Positions 12,201 to 25,399 of a DNA stretch of 64,000 nucleotides are shown in pieces. Position 1 is the stretch's first letter. Every line of letters starts with the position of its first letter. Source of the stretch: the human T2T-CHM13v2.0 reference genome, Homo sapiens; assembly GCF_009914755.1 (NCBI RefSeq), contig NC_060929.1. The stretch is one strand, 5' to 3'. The translations under genes were made by a program, and so were the position numbers. Below the pieces are notes generated by a model, which worked only from the letters and a program-made list of their open reading frames with translations, was not told where the DNA came from and did not search any database.

Positions 12201-15080
12201 ATGTCTGGTCAAATTCTGCTGTGAATCCATCTGGTCCTGGGCTTTTTGTCGGTAAGCCTTTAATTACCATTTCCATCTCACTGCTTGCTATTGGTCTGTT
12301 CAGGTTATCTAATTTTTCCTGATTTAAGCTAGGAGAGTTGTATTTTTCTAGGAATTTATCCATCTCTTCTAGGTTTTCTAGTTTACGTGCACAAAGGTGT
12401 TCATAGTACTCTTGAATGATCTTTTATATTTCAGTGGTGTCAGTTGTAGTATCCCCCATTTTGTTTCTTAATGAGGTTATTTGGATTTTCTCTCTTCTAT
12501 TCTTGGTTAATCTTACTAATGGTCTATTGATTTTATTTATCTTTTAAAATAACCAGCTTTTTGTTTTATTTATCATTTGTATTTTTTCTTTTAATTTTAT
12601 TTAGTTCTTCTCTGTTCTTGGTTATTTCCTCTCTTCTCCTCGGTTTGGGTTTGGTTTGTCCTTGTTTCTCTAGTTCCTTGAGGTTTGACCTTAGAAAGTC
12701 ACTTTGTGTTCTTTCAGTCTTTTTGACATAGGTGTTAGGGCTATGAACTTTCCTCTTAGCACTGCCTTTGCTGTATCCCAAAGGTTTTGATAGGTTGTGT
12801 CTTTACTGTTGTTCAGTTCAAAGAATTTTTTAACTTCCATCTTGACTTCATTTTTGACCCAATACTCATTCAGGAGTAGCTTATTTAGTTTCTATGTATT
12901 TGCATGGTTTTGACGGTTCCTTCTGGAGTTGATTTCCAGGTTTATTCAATGTGGTCTGAGAGAGTACTTGATATAATTTCAATTTTCTTAAATTTATTGA
13001 GGCTTATTTTATGGCCTATCATATGGTCTATTCTTGGAGAAAGTTCCATGCACTGTTGAATAGAATGTGTATTCTGCAGTTGTTGGATGAAATGTTCTGT
13101 ATATATTTGTTAAGTCCATTTGCTCCAAGTACAGTTTAAATCCATTGTTTCTTTGTTGTCTTTTTGTCTGGATGACCTGTCTAGTGCTGTCAGTGGAATA
13201 TTGAAGTCCCCACTATTATTGTGTTGCTGTTTCTCTCATTTCTTAGGTCTATTAGTAATTGTTTTATAAATTTGGAACCTCCAGTGTTAGGCGCATATAT
13301 GTTTAGGATTGTGATATTTTCCTGTTGCACAAGGCTTTTTACCATTATATAGTGTCCCTGTTTGTCTCTTTTAACTGCTGTTGCTTCAAAGTTTGTTTTG
13401 TCTGATACAAGAATTGCTACCCCTGCTGGCTTTTGGTGTCCATTTGCATGAAATGCCTTTTTCCACCCCTTTACTTTAAGTTTATGTGAGTTCTTATGTG
13501 TTAGGTGAGTCTCCTGAAGGCAGCAGATACTTGGTTGGTGAGTTCTTATCTATTCTGCTGTTCTGTATCTTTTAAGTGGAGCATTTAGGGCATTTACATT
13601 CAATGTCAGTATGAGATGTGTGGTACTGTTGCATTCATCATGCTGTTTGCTGCCTGTGTACCTTGGTTTTTTGTTTTTGGTGTTTGGTTTTTAACTTGTA
13701 TTTTTGTTTATAAGTCCTATGTGATTTAGGCTTTAAAGAGGTTCTGTTTTAATGTTTCCAGGATTTGTTTCAAGATTTAGAGCTCCTTTTAGCAGCTCTT
13801 GTAGTGCTGGCTTGGCAGGGGCCAATTCTCTCAGCATTTGTTCGTCTGAAAATGACTGTATCTTTCCTTCATATATGATGCTTAGCTTGCTGGATAGAAA
13901 ATTTTGGACTAATAATTGTTTTGTTTGAAGAGGCTGAAGATAGGGGCCCAATCTTATCTAGCTTGCAGGGTTTCTGATGAGAAATCTGCTGCTAATCTGA
14001 TAGATTTTCCTTTATAGGTTACCCAGTGCTTTTGCCTCACAGCTCTTAGAATTCTTTCTTTTGTCTTAACTTTAGATAACCTGGTAACAATGTGCCTAGG
14101 TGATGATTTCTTTGCGATGAATTTCCCAGGTGTTCTTTGTGCTTCTTATATTTAGATATCTAGGTCTCTAGCAAGGCTGGGGAAGTTTTCCTCAATTATT
14201 CCCTCAAATATGTTTTCCCAAACTTTTAGATTTCTCTTCTTCCTCAGGAACACCAATTATTCTTAGGTTTGGTCGTTTAACATAATCCCAGACTTCTTGG
14301 AACCTTTGTTCATATTTTCTTATTTTTTTCTTTGTCTTTGTTGAATTGGGTTAATTCAAAGACCTTGTCTTCAAGTTCTGCATTTCTTTCTTCTACTTGT
14401 TCAATTTTATTGCTGAGACTTTCCAGAGCGTTTTGCATTTCTATAAGCTTGTCCAATGTTTCCTGAAGTTTTGATTTTTTTTCTTTATGCTACCTATTTC
14501 CTTAAATATTTCTCCTTTCCCTGCTTGTATCATTTCGTTGTATCAGATTTCCTTGCGTTGGGCTTCACCTTTCTCTAGTGCCTCCCTGATTAGCTTAATA
14601 ACTAACCTCCTGAATTCTTTCTCAGGTAAATCAGAGATTTTTTTCTTGGTTTGGATCCATTGCTAGTGGACTAGTATTACTTTTGGGGGGTGTTAAAGAG
14701 CCTTGCTTTGTCATATTACCAGAGTTTGTTTTCTGGTTCCTTCTCATTTGGAAGCTCTGTCAGAGGGAAGGTCCAGTGCTGAAGGCTGTTGTTCAGATTC
14801 TTTTGTCCCTTAATGTAGTACTCTCCCTATTTTCCTATGGATGTGGTTTCCTGTGAGCTGAGCTGAAGTGATTGTTATCTCTCTTCTGGGTCTAGCCACA
14901 CAACCAGTCTACCTGGCTCTGAGCTGGTACTGAGGGTTGTCTCCACAGAGTCCTGTGATGTGAACCATCTATGGGTCTCTCAGCCATGGATACCAGCACA
15001 GTATTTGGGGTGTCTCCTGCATCCTGCAGGAGCAGTCCACTTCCTTCTGTGGGTCCTCTCGGGATTCCTGTTTCATTCTT
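9205..15080 (-). mobile_element. Long decayed LINE-1 (L1PB-like), about 5.9 kb, antisense to GHR
   Basis: 3' end TTTCCATAAGTTATTGGGGTACAGGTGG. Broken ORF2 pieces ([39 protein letters not shown]), an ORF1 remnant at 13733-13951, and 5'UTR-like sequence at about 14750-15080. Confidence 0.92.
9547..9982. repeat. Compound TA/TG/CA repeat with about 30- and 36-bp higher-order units
   Basis: The unit TATATATGTATGTATATATGTACATGTGTATATGTG recurs and shows as a 12-aa period (MYIYTYIYTHIH) in the ORF track. Confidence 0.95.
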
Positions 15081-15624
15081 GAAGTCTAGATCTATTTTTT
15101 GACAGTCTAATCCTAACACCATTTACTGAGGAACACTCTTTTTTTCATTGTTCTGTAATGCCTCCTCTGTTGTAAATTAAGATCCCATAAATGCCTTGGT
15201 ATTTGCTAGACTTTCTTTTTCTTCTGTTGTTTTAAAATTTTCTCTCCCAACAAGATAAAATATTGTGTAAATATTATATGTTTATACTAAGCATTTTTAT
15301 CTTGTACTGAATAATAGTGAGAATGCTTCAAAATTTCACTGTTTTTGCTATTAAGTATGATATTAAGTACGCTATTAAGTACTGTATAGGTTTTTGGCTG
15401 ACTTATTTTTGTCAGGTTAAGAAAACTGCTCTCTATTTCTAGTTTATTAAGACAGTTTATCACAAGTATTAGCCTATAAATAATGGTTTTTCTGCACATT
15501 CGAATAATCATTTGATTCCCACTTTTAAATTATTAATGCTGTAGATTATATTGATAGATCTGCCTGATATTAAACTATCCTTGCATTCTTGATCTAAATC
15601 TTACTTGAATGGGATGTGTTACTG

Positions 15625-15628
<4 letters not shown>

Positions 15629-15662
<34 letters not shown>
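15629..15662. repeat. (CT)n microsatellite
   Basis: About 17 uninterrupted CT units. Confidence 0.95.
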
Positions 15663-15666
<4 letters not shown>

Positions 15667-15793
15667 CTCTCTTCCTCTCTTCATCTCTCTTCTGCAACAT
15701 CTTAAAGCATATTTTGGTAAATTTGCTTTTTATAGTTATTGATTTTCAGAAATATTTCTTTGAGAAGCTAAAAATGCAAAGGTTTTATTTCAC

Positions 15794-15968
15794 CTTGTTT
15801 CAAATATAGTAATTATCTAGGAATAAGAATTGTCCATTTTCTACCTATTGAGAATCAAAACATTCACAGAACATAAACCTACTTGTTTCAAATATGGTAG
15901 TTATCTAGGAATAAGGATTGTCCATTTTCTACATATTGAGAAAAAAACATTCAAAGAACATAAGCCTA
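15794..15968. repeat. Diverged tandem duplication of about 88 bp
   Basis: CTTGTTTCAAATAT(A/G)GTA(A/G)TTATCTAGGAATAAG...GAACATAA(A/G)CCTA begins at 15794 and again at 15882. Confidence 0.9.
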
Positions 15969-16512
15969 AAACCTCTCTTTCTTTTGTTTCTAACCTACGG
16001 GAAGCCTGTCACTTTTCTAAAAGTTATGATCAGGCTGAGCTTCACTCCCCCTTCCTGGGCTCTCTGGTAGAATATGCCCTCCCAAGTCCTCCCTAGTGTG
16101 AGTCCGCCCCTGTCCCCACCCATCCCCTCTATCCACCACCGCCCCCGCTCTCAGGCTGCCCTGCAGTTGTTTCTTAATGCAGCAGAAGGCTGCAACAACC
16201 ACAAACTACATTGCCCATGATCAACCCGTGCCCATGTCCTTCTGCACCCCCCAGTCAGACTACCCACTCCCACAACAACCAATATCAGTGTTCCCATATT
16301 TCATGCATTATCTATCCTTCTCTCAAATAAAGCAGATCTAGCACATTTTAATTATCCTTTGTGACAGTCTCTAGTATTTTCCTTGTTTTTTTTTTTTTTG
16401 TCTAGAATTTACTTTCATCTTCTGATTCACAGGAAATTTGTTCCATATTGTTTTTTTACAAGCAATATCTAGTTGAATTACCCACCATGTTTTACTTTTT
16501 TCCTCACCATTA

Positions 16513-17990
16513 GTTCATTCACCTAATAAATTCTTATTGCATGCCTTGTGTTTTCCTGCTATTGTACATGCCTGGAAATATAGGAGTCAACCAAATCGTC
16601 TCTGAGCTCATGTAGTTGACAATCTAGTTAGAGAACAGAGATGATAAACAAGTAAATATATATCAAAAATAATTGCCATGGAGAAAAATTAAGTAGTATA
16701 AGGATTATTATTTATCTAGGTTGTCAGGCAAGAGCTTACAGATGGGTGACATTTGAATGCATACTTGAAAGAAGTCTGGGAGAAAAGTATCCCAGGTAGA
16801 GGGAATAGCATATACTATTTGGGATCTTCAAGGAACATCAAAGAGGCCAGTTTGTTGGAGCAGGATGAGCAAGAAGAACGTAGTGGTAAATGGAGGCAGA
16901 GATAGTGGGTGAGAGTGGGGTTGGGAAAAAATCAGATAGGACTTTCAGACCACTGTAAATACTTGGTCATTTACTCTAAGTGAGATAGGATACCATGACA
17001 GTGTCCTGGAAAAAAAAAAGGGACATGTTCTTATTTTAGTGAGACCAATTTGGGTGTTGGGAATAAGGAGATTCAAAAGCAAAAGCAGGTAGGCCATTAA
17101 GAAACTGTTATAATAATCCAGATAAATGTTGGTGCCTTGGTTAAGGGAGATAAAGATGGAGATGGTAAGAAGTGATCGCATTCTGGATGTAATTTGAAGG
17201 CATGTCTGAGAGGATTAGTTGATGGAGTGTTACTTATGGGGTATCAGTGAAAGAATAGAGGAAAGGCCTGAGAATCTGGAAAGATGAAGGTGATATTTAC
17301 TGAAATGGCCTACACTCTTTAATGAATAGATTAGGAAGTAAAATTGAAAGTCTGGTTATGGGTTTTATAAGTTTGAGACGCCTATAAAACATTCAAAGAA
17401 ATTATTAAATAGTGAACTGGATATATGAGCCTGTAGTTCAAGAAAGAGGTCTGGATTAAAGTTATGATTTGGACAACATCATCATATATGTGGCATTAGT
17501 GTCATGATTCCAAATGAGATAATCCAGGGAATAACTATAGAGAAAAGAGGAGAGGAGGATAATTTCTGGTGATATTTCAATGCTAAGTGGTTGGGAAAAT
17601 GAAGAGAACACAGTGAAGTTGACCAGGATGAAGTACTTACTGAGGTGGAAGAATCAATGGAGAAGGGTGTTCAAGATACAAAATTAAGACAGTGTGTCAG
17701 AGAAGTGGGGAGTGATCCATTGTGGCAAGTGTTATTCATTGGTTAAATAAGATGATTAAGAATTTGCCACAATGTGGAAGTCATTGGTGACTAGAGCAAA
17801 AGCTATTCCATTGATGTAGTGGAGATTAAAGCCTGATTTCAATAAGTTTAAGAAATTGGGCAAGGAGGAATTAAAGAAAGGAGAATAAGACAATTTCTTC
17901 AAGAAGTTTTGATTTAGAGGGGAGCAGAGAAATGGGTCAGTAACTTCATGAGCAGTAACTGAAATAGGAGAAATTATCCTTTTTCTAAAA
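16513..17990 (-). mobile_element. L2 LINE fossil
   Basis: Antisense L2 3' end (TTCATTCACCTAATAAATTCTTATTG) followed by the typical purine-rich antisense L2 body. Confidence 0.75.
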
Positions 17991-18074
17991 GGAGATAATT
18001 TTAGTGCACACTTAAGGTGATTCTTATCTTCCTGCAAAAATAGCTCCTTTAGGTATTTTTCAAAATTTTATACA

Positions 18075-18840
18075 TGTATATTTCTATTCCAATCATTTTT
18101 GGGGTACAAGTGATTTTTGGTTACAAGGTTGAATTGTATGGTGGTAGTGAAGTCTGAGATTTTAGTTCATCCATCACCCAAGTAATGTACATTGCACCCA
18201 ATATACACCTTTTTTTATCCCTCAGCCACCCCTACCCCCTCCTCAGTCTCCAGTGTCCATTATATCACTCTGTATGCCTTTGCATACCCATAGCTTACCT
18301 CCCACTTACAAGCAAGAACTTCATGGTATTTGGTTTTCCATTCCTGAGTTACTTCTTTTAGAATAGTGGCCTCCAGCTCCATCCAAGTTGCTGCAAAAGA
18401 CATTATTTCCTTCTTTTTTATGGCTGAGTAGTATTCCATGGTGTGTATATACCACATTTTATTTATCCACTCATTGTTTGATGGGCATTTAAGTTGTTTC
18501 TACATCTTTGCAATTGTGAGCTGTGCTGTGATAAACATACATGAGCAGGTATCTTTTTGATATAATGACTTATTTTCCTTTAGGTCGATTCCCAGTAGTG
18601 AGATTGCTGGATTGAATGGTAGATCTACTTTTAGTTCTTTGAGGAATTTCCATATTGTTTTCCATGGAGGTTGTACTAATTGACATCACTACCAGCAGTG
18701 TATAAGTAATCCTTTTTCACTACCTCTACACCAGCATTTATTGTTTGTTTTTGGGATTTTTTTGTTTTTGTCTTTTTATAATGGCCATTCTGGCTAGGAA
18801 AAGGTGGCATATCATTATGGTTTTAATTTGCATTTCCCTC
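18075..18840 (-). mobile_element. L1PB/L1MA 3' fragment
   Basis: ORF2 C-terminus MWYIHTMEYYSAIKKKEIMSFAATWMELE (18260-18457) plus 3'UTR. Confidence 0.88.
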
Positions 18841-21779
18841 CTTTAGGTATTATTTAATGAGAGTCTTTTGGTGGTAAAGTATCTTAGTTTTCATGTGTGC
18901 TCACACACACATACACAGAGTCTTTAGTGACAGGCTAGTTGGGTATCAAATTCTGAATTGATGTTTTTTTCTCTAATACTTTTAAAGTTTATTTGTGTTC
19001 TGGCATCTGTTGTTACTAAATAAAAATCTTCCACCAGTCCATTTGAGTTCATTAGCAGGTAATCTGCCTCTTATTTTAAGCACTTTTAAAGATTTTTCTG
19101 TATCTTGATGCCATATGATAGATCTACCTTTTATTATACTTTACTCAGTAATTACTGTGGGCTTTTAATCTGCAAACTCAATCAATTATTCGATTTTATA
19201 AAATTATCAGTAATAACCTTTTCTATAACTGATTATTTGCAGTTGAATTAAATCCTCTCTTTCTGGAATTCCAATCATATGTGTGTTGGAGCTTCTCAAT
19301 CTGCCCTCCAAGGCTCGTAACTGCTCTTTTAAATTTTTCAGTACTACTCTCAATTTTTTTTTTAAAAAAACAACCTAATATTGCAGTGTTTGGCACAGAA
19401 GAAGTTCAAAGTACAACTTTGCACTGCCACGTTGACCAGCTATTCTGGCACTGGTTATTCTTTAAAGTTATTTTTAAGGTTAACGTACCTTATCAGGCAG
19501 CAGGTCTCAAAACCTAGGGAAGCTTAAAAGCCTAAAGGCAGCCTGGCAAAAATCAAGCTGATTAAAATGCTCTTTCCCATTTTCTTGTCCTCCTATGCCC
19601 TCATCCCTAAAGAATAGTGAGAGGGCCTTCCTTAAAAAGATATGTATAAAATAGCAGAAAGAAAAAGGGGATCCAGCAAGCGTGAGAAGACATACTTAGA
19701 TAATTCACAGTAAATGTTCCAAATAATATTCAGCCTCACTAATTCTCAAATAAATGTAAAACAATGGCAGATCATTTTTATCCATTAAATTAGTGAAAAT
19801 AGGAGGAAAAGAACATTTTGCTGACAATTGTTAACAGTGAAACTGAAATTCTCTTCTTGTCTAGTTTGAATCTAAATTAGGACAGTTTGAAAGCAATTGG
19901 GTGATATCTATGAAAAATCTCATAAACATTCTACCCTTCCATGTAGCAACATTGCTTCTGTGAATCAACCATTAGGCAAATAAATGGAAATAACAAACCA
20001 AATTTCCCCCCACCTCCCAAGAGATGTTTATTGTAACATTACTGATAATATTGAAAAACTAGAAGCGATCTATATCAGTGATCCACCCTTGTTTTGACTG
20101 TCACTCACCATAAGAAAATATTAGGTATACAAAGTAACCCAACAGACACACCCATGCATCAAAAAGTTCCATATAAGGAAACCGTTCAATCCATTCCATT
20201 TATTTAAACAAGCCAATGAACAAAGCTGGCTTTGATCCACTAAATTGATCCTACAACCTAAGAGTAGGTTATGACTCAGTTTGAAAAGCACCAATCTGAA
20301 TGTCCTATAAAAGATATATGATGGAATATGAATTAAATTTGATATTCACAATTTTTTACTTTTTTTTGTTTGAGGGTAGTTGGAGGGGTACTATGTTTCT
20401 TCAGCCAGCAAGGAAGATAATGTTTCTAGATAACTCCATATAATGGAGATTTACTGTAATGATACCAGATCTGTTCTACTATGCCCAGCCATTCTTATGT
20501 ATCTGTCTCTCAATGCATCATGGGTCCTTTATGGATTCTTTTGTGATGTCCTCAAGCTTCCTGTCCACTCCCTAGCAACTTGCCCAAACTGATAGAACCG
20601 GCCTGAATCAGTCAACATCTGATTTCAAGCATTTTCTCTTGGTCAGCCTTTGGTATTAGGACTTTATTCTCAATCTAATCAATTAATATTAGCTGAGCTA
20701 GGTTGATTTCATTTGAATCAACAAAGAATTGCTAAAAGCTGCATTTCCTAGAAAATGTGGCAATATAATTGGCAGGTACTTGAGAGTCTTTAATGTTAAA
20801 TGGAAAAAAAATAAAAAATAATAAGAGACAACTTTTTATACGGAGCATGTTTTCGGTTTTCTTTAGATATTTTGTTAGAGACAAAAAAGGAATCCAGAAT
20901 TTATTTTATACTACATTAGTACTTAACAGATTTCTACATAAGCAAGTATTATGCATTTGTAATCAGAAAAAAATATCAAAATTAGCTCTGTGGAAAATGA
21001 TCATCTTGCAAGCAAGCATCATGTACCCCTACTTTTGATTTAGCTCATCTTCTTGATGTAAATATGAAGTGTCTGCGCTTGAAATTCTGTTTGAAGTGGA
21101 AATCTTCATGTTTGTCTTACAAATACCATCTCAGAGTACATTGCTCAGTATAAAACTTGTTTTGGGGGGTTGGGTACAAAAACCTGCAAAGATATAGTCC
21201 AGGCTCCTTTTCCCAAAGTCCTTCACTTTCCTACTCTTAGTATAACCATTATTTTGTAAAATTTAATAAGGCCCCTAATAACTTGGGGTTTGGGAATTTG
21301 ATTTGAGGTAACATGCCTCAGAGTATCACCTATTTTTTATTAAACCAACAAATTTCTATCTGACAAAGATGTGCATTTATGTGGGCCTTAATAATTCCCC
21401 CAAATAAAACTATTCGTAAGTTCTAACAGTTCCAAATACTTTTGGTTTCAGCACACTAATAGGATTTATAGCTGTCTTAGATAAGGAGCAGTATCTTCTA
21501 AAGCTCATGAAAAAGCCATATCAGAATGCCATGTGTTCAGGTATATTTCCTTTTCTTTATGGTATCAAGAATAAAATCTCAGCTTATGTTTTCACTCAAG
21601 TGTTGTGTGATTACTTTTTCCCATTACTCTTTCGATTGAGCCTGAAAAATGAGGTGAAAAAATCTTTCTCTTTCAAGGATGAACTAGAAGGATCTAGGCT
21701 GGCTGGTCACCAAACCACTGACTAGTTGGCCCTTTGTCTTTTTATAACCCCTCATTGTCTGGGATCCAACATCATAGTG

Positions 21780-22040
21780 AGTCTCAGACATGTTCCACAA
21801 GTCTAGATAGCCCTCATCCATGTGTTCAGTGGTCCAGCCCATCAGCATCCAAGCCAGCAGGGTGAGGAGGGGAAGTGTAGGGGATGCTCATTGCCCTGAA
21901 GGATGCATATGCCACTTCCATTCAGGTCCTGCTTGCCAGAACATAGTCATGTGACCACAGTTAGCTGCAAGGTTGGCTGAGAAATGCCTTTCACTGGGTT
22001 CTATTACTAACTGAAAATGGGAAGAGTGAAAGTTGGGGAT
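21780..22040. mobile_element. Old MLT1-like LTR fragment
   Basis: GCCAGAACATAGTCATGTGACCACAGTTAGCTGCAAGGTTGGCTGAGAAATG resembles the MLT1J/K consensus. Confidence 0.55.
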
Positions 22041-23584
22041 AACTAGTAAATATTAGTTAGTCCAAGTCATGGATTGTGGTATTAATTCCATGTGCTAGGA
22101 AGGTCATTTAAATGTTTTATGCAGAAGGATGCCATGATGATAATTATGTTTCAAAGCATATTTGTGTGTGAGAGAGAGAGACTGAAAGAGAAAGTGAGAT
22201 AAATGGATTGGAGAGAATTTGTCTGAGTGTTAAGAGGCCATTCTCAAACCCAAGTGGGAAATGGTGGCTAGTAACAGTAGTGAGGATAAAGGGGGATGGA
22301 ATGGACTCAAAAGATACAGAAGAGATAACATCAAAAGATGAAACAGGGGCAGAGGAGGAAGAAAAGACATCCAGATAACTCCTAGGTTTCTGATTTATAC
22401 TGCAAATTCTGGGGATCAGGTGTTTATGGACCACTGAGTTTAGTTTTAGAAACGTGATTTAGAGGTATTTGTCAGATAGGTGGTTTCTACACATTCAAAA
22501 TAAGATTTCAAAACATATTAGCCACAATTCACAATCAGCAAAATTCTCAAATCTAGTCATTGTCAACTAAACTATTAAAATGAATTTTCCCCTCTGAGTG
22601 TTTCTCATCTTAAAGGGTTTGTATGTATTACATGTCACAGTATGGTTTATTGCATATAAACATGGGAAAGCAAGCCAGGCAGAAGGAGTCTTGTAACCAG
22701 CTAAAGGCCCAGCTAATTCTTGAAGCAGTCATAAATCATGAACGGTCTTCTTGTGTTAATAGTGTGGACAGGACTGTTGGTCACACACAGGAAAATGAGT
22801 CACACAGTCTTGTGTGTACAGCAACTCACTCCACACTCAATGATGGGAATGGTCATGATTGTTCTAACTGTGTGAGCAGCTACAAGAATTATGGCAAAGC
22901 TCCAGAGCTAGAAAGCTGGTTTTTTTTTTATGTCACCCGAGTATGTAATTCACTAAATGTTTAGTATTTTATACCTTTTAGTTGACTTGTGAGCCCTTTC
23001 TAAAGGAGATCTATTTCCCTCTACTAGAAGGTAATCAGAAAAACCCTAAACTACGTTTTCTAAATGCTGTGTTCTTCTGCCCAATTGACCAAAATATACT
23101 TAGTTGATTAGGACTTTGAAGGGATGAGATGAGGGGACTAAATTAAGATGCAGGAATTTCAGTTTTCTAGGGGTTTTCTGTAAACTACTTTATACTGCTG
23201 ACAAATGGTTAAATGTTTCCAATGAAACTAAGTATGCTAGGATTTCTAATGAGCAATGAAATTTTAGAATTCATTTACTCATTAATTTCTTCATTACAAG
23301 ATGTACAATGTGCTATCTTCTGGGCATTTGGGGTACTTTAATGAGGTAGCAGTGAGTACCACAGATGGTCACTTCTGCCTTTGTTCTTATACTCCTTAGA
23401 GAAGGGAAAGGACCAGATTCAGATACCCTATCACTGCTTTCTACCCATCCAGATCAGAGCCTTTGCTGAGTTCTAACGCTTAGCCCTCTTCTCAGCTGAT
23501 TTGGCTGCCTCCATTGTAATAGGCCTCATGAGACTCCAGCCTAGGCCTGGCCTTCAGTTCAGCAGGCAGAGCCCAGAGATGTAC

Positions 23585-23597
23585 TGGGCAAAGGTCA
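23585..23597 (+). promoter_or_regulatory. HNF4-type DR1 nuclear receptor site in the GHR liver promoter
   Basis: TGGGCA-A-AGGTCA. HNF4 regulation of the liver GHR V1/1A promoter is established. Confidence 0.8.
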
Positions 23598-23659
23598 GGG
23601 GATTTATTATATGAGACAATGGTCTGATGTGATTTAATTTACTCCTCTGGTACCAGATA

Positions 23660-23911
23660 TGTGTGTGTGTGCATGAGAGAGAGAGATTGAGAATGACTGA
23701 TTTGGGAGGGATTTTGTGAAGGTTTATATATCAAAGCAGAAAGACCAAGAATTTAGAGATTAATACATGCCAAGTGGTAACCAAGAAACTTCTGTGGGAT
23801 CCCACCTCCAACCCCTCCCTCTCTGTCAGATTTTAACCAAATCAGTGTGATGTGATCTGCTTGCATATATGAGTGAAAGAAAAAGGAAATTTAAAAAGTT
23901 CTTGATATAAA
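23660..23911 (+). promoter_or_regulatory. GHR V1-type (liver) promoter core: TG tract, (GA)6, TATA1, AAATCA (Gfi1-core-like), TATA2
   Basis: (TG)6 at 23660-23671, (GA)6 at 23675-23686, TATATAT at 23725-23731, AAATCA at 23839-23844 and TATAAA at 23906-23911. Lies about 17.4 kb upstream of exon 2, consistent with the recalled position of the V7/V1/V4/V8 cluster. Confidence 0.72.
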
Positions 23912-23971
23912 GCCTGGAGGAAACAATACGAAAATCCAGCCTCTATTTCAGCAATATCTGCCGGACTATTG
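23755..23971 (+). other. GHR: Non-coding alternative first exon of GHR (V1/1A-like); 5' end approximate
   Basis: Follows the TATA boxes and ends ...CAGCAATATCTGCCGGACTATTG|gttagt (5' splice donor). The TSS is inferred from TATA spacing. Confidence 0.7.
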
Positions 23972-25399
23972 GTTAGTATTCCCTTACTGTTACTTATTGT
24001 TTGATTAAAAGGCTGATAGTCAGGGTTTTTTTTTTCTTACTTTTGCATTTTTTAGATATAAATCTTTAATATATGGCTGTGGCCAGATGTTTTCCTTTCT
24101 CCTCCCACTTCGTTCTTCCCTCTTCTGGGTTAATTTCTCATTGTTCTCTCTTCCCCTTACTTCTCTGCCCTTTTCCTTTCTACTCTAAGCGAAACTTCTT
24201 TTTTTCTGTGCTGGAGTTTATAAAGTATTCTTTTAGGCAAAGAAAGCCTTTGGCTGCCTTCCTCCTTGTCTGGTCACCATCAAGATATAATTTTGGTTTT
24301 CAAAGGTTGTTCTCTGAAGGAAGGACTAGTTTTCTGAGCATTTAGAGAGCAGATACATTTTGAGAAAGTCAACAGAGATAGTAATTTGCACTCAGGAAAT
24401 ACTTAAGGGTTTTAATTCTGTTCCATGTGTTACATTTCAACAGTTTACATTAAGAAAAGTATTGTAAAGAGAAGTGATACCACAATTGCATGTTTATTTT
24501 GCATCTTTAGTCTGAGAGATGGTCAGTACTTTGAAGGAAAGAGAAATAGGGCTTTGTCTCCTTCTGCTTCTTGCTATACCTCTTTTCAGATTAACTCTGA
24601 TGCTTTGGGTTTCTTACTGCATGCCTGATTAAAACCCATCCCATAATGCCTGATGTGATGGGAACCACCACTTATTCTATCTCAATGGAAAGTATTCACA
24701 TGAGCTTTCAACAGAAGGACATTCTCCCACCTCTTCCAAACACCTCTTTGAAAACCGTGTCCATGGGCCTTTATTCATGTCTTCAACAATTTGTTTAAAA
24801 CTGGTTGTGCTAGGTAGTGGGCAATATAAAGATGAGCCACAGGAGAGAGATGACAATATCACTGATTCCTTATAGTGCTGTAATAAGGGTTTATTAAGGC
24901 TGTGATAGAAGTAGAGAGGAGAGGCACCTGACTTCACTTGGGAGTGGGGTTGTTGCTAAGGTGTTTCTAAGTTGAAATGTCCTTGAGCTGAGGTTTAGGG
25001 GAATGAGTAGCAAAGATGGATTAAGTGAGAAGAGTATAGGAGGCAGCAGGGCCAGAGGTGTGAATAGCCCAGAACCTTCTGAGAAGATTCCTTTGTGGAC
25101 GGAAGAAAGGGGAGGTTTGTGGAAATGGTGGAAGATAAGGTAGGAAGAGGCCACATCAGATCACACATGGCTGGATGTACCTCTCTAAAAGTACTGGGGG
25201 GTTTGAAACAGAGGCTATAAATTGGCAGTTTAAGAAAATCACTGTGGTGTCAGTGTGAAGAATACATTTTTGCAAGATTCTAACGAGGATTATTTTCAGA
25301 AATTTAGGCCCAATTTAGTCCAGATGTCAGGGCTAGTTTGGAGTAAATTTCTTTCTTTAATTACTCCAGGGCTCTTGTATTGCTTCAAAGAAAGTAGAA

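Noticed and set aside
9205-15080. Potentially active L1
   Set aside because: ORF1 and ORF2 are fragmented by stops, frameshifts and deletions, and the subfamily is old.
20745-25085. STAT5-type TTCNNNGAA sites at 20745 and 25077
   Set aside because: Isolated 6-base-specified motifs are expected by chance many times in 64 kb of AT-rich DNA, and these are not clustered.
25130-25146. AAG|gtagga as the donor of a V4-like exon
   Set aside because: It lies in L2-like sequence with no supporting promoter features and cannot be assigned from sequence alone.
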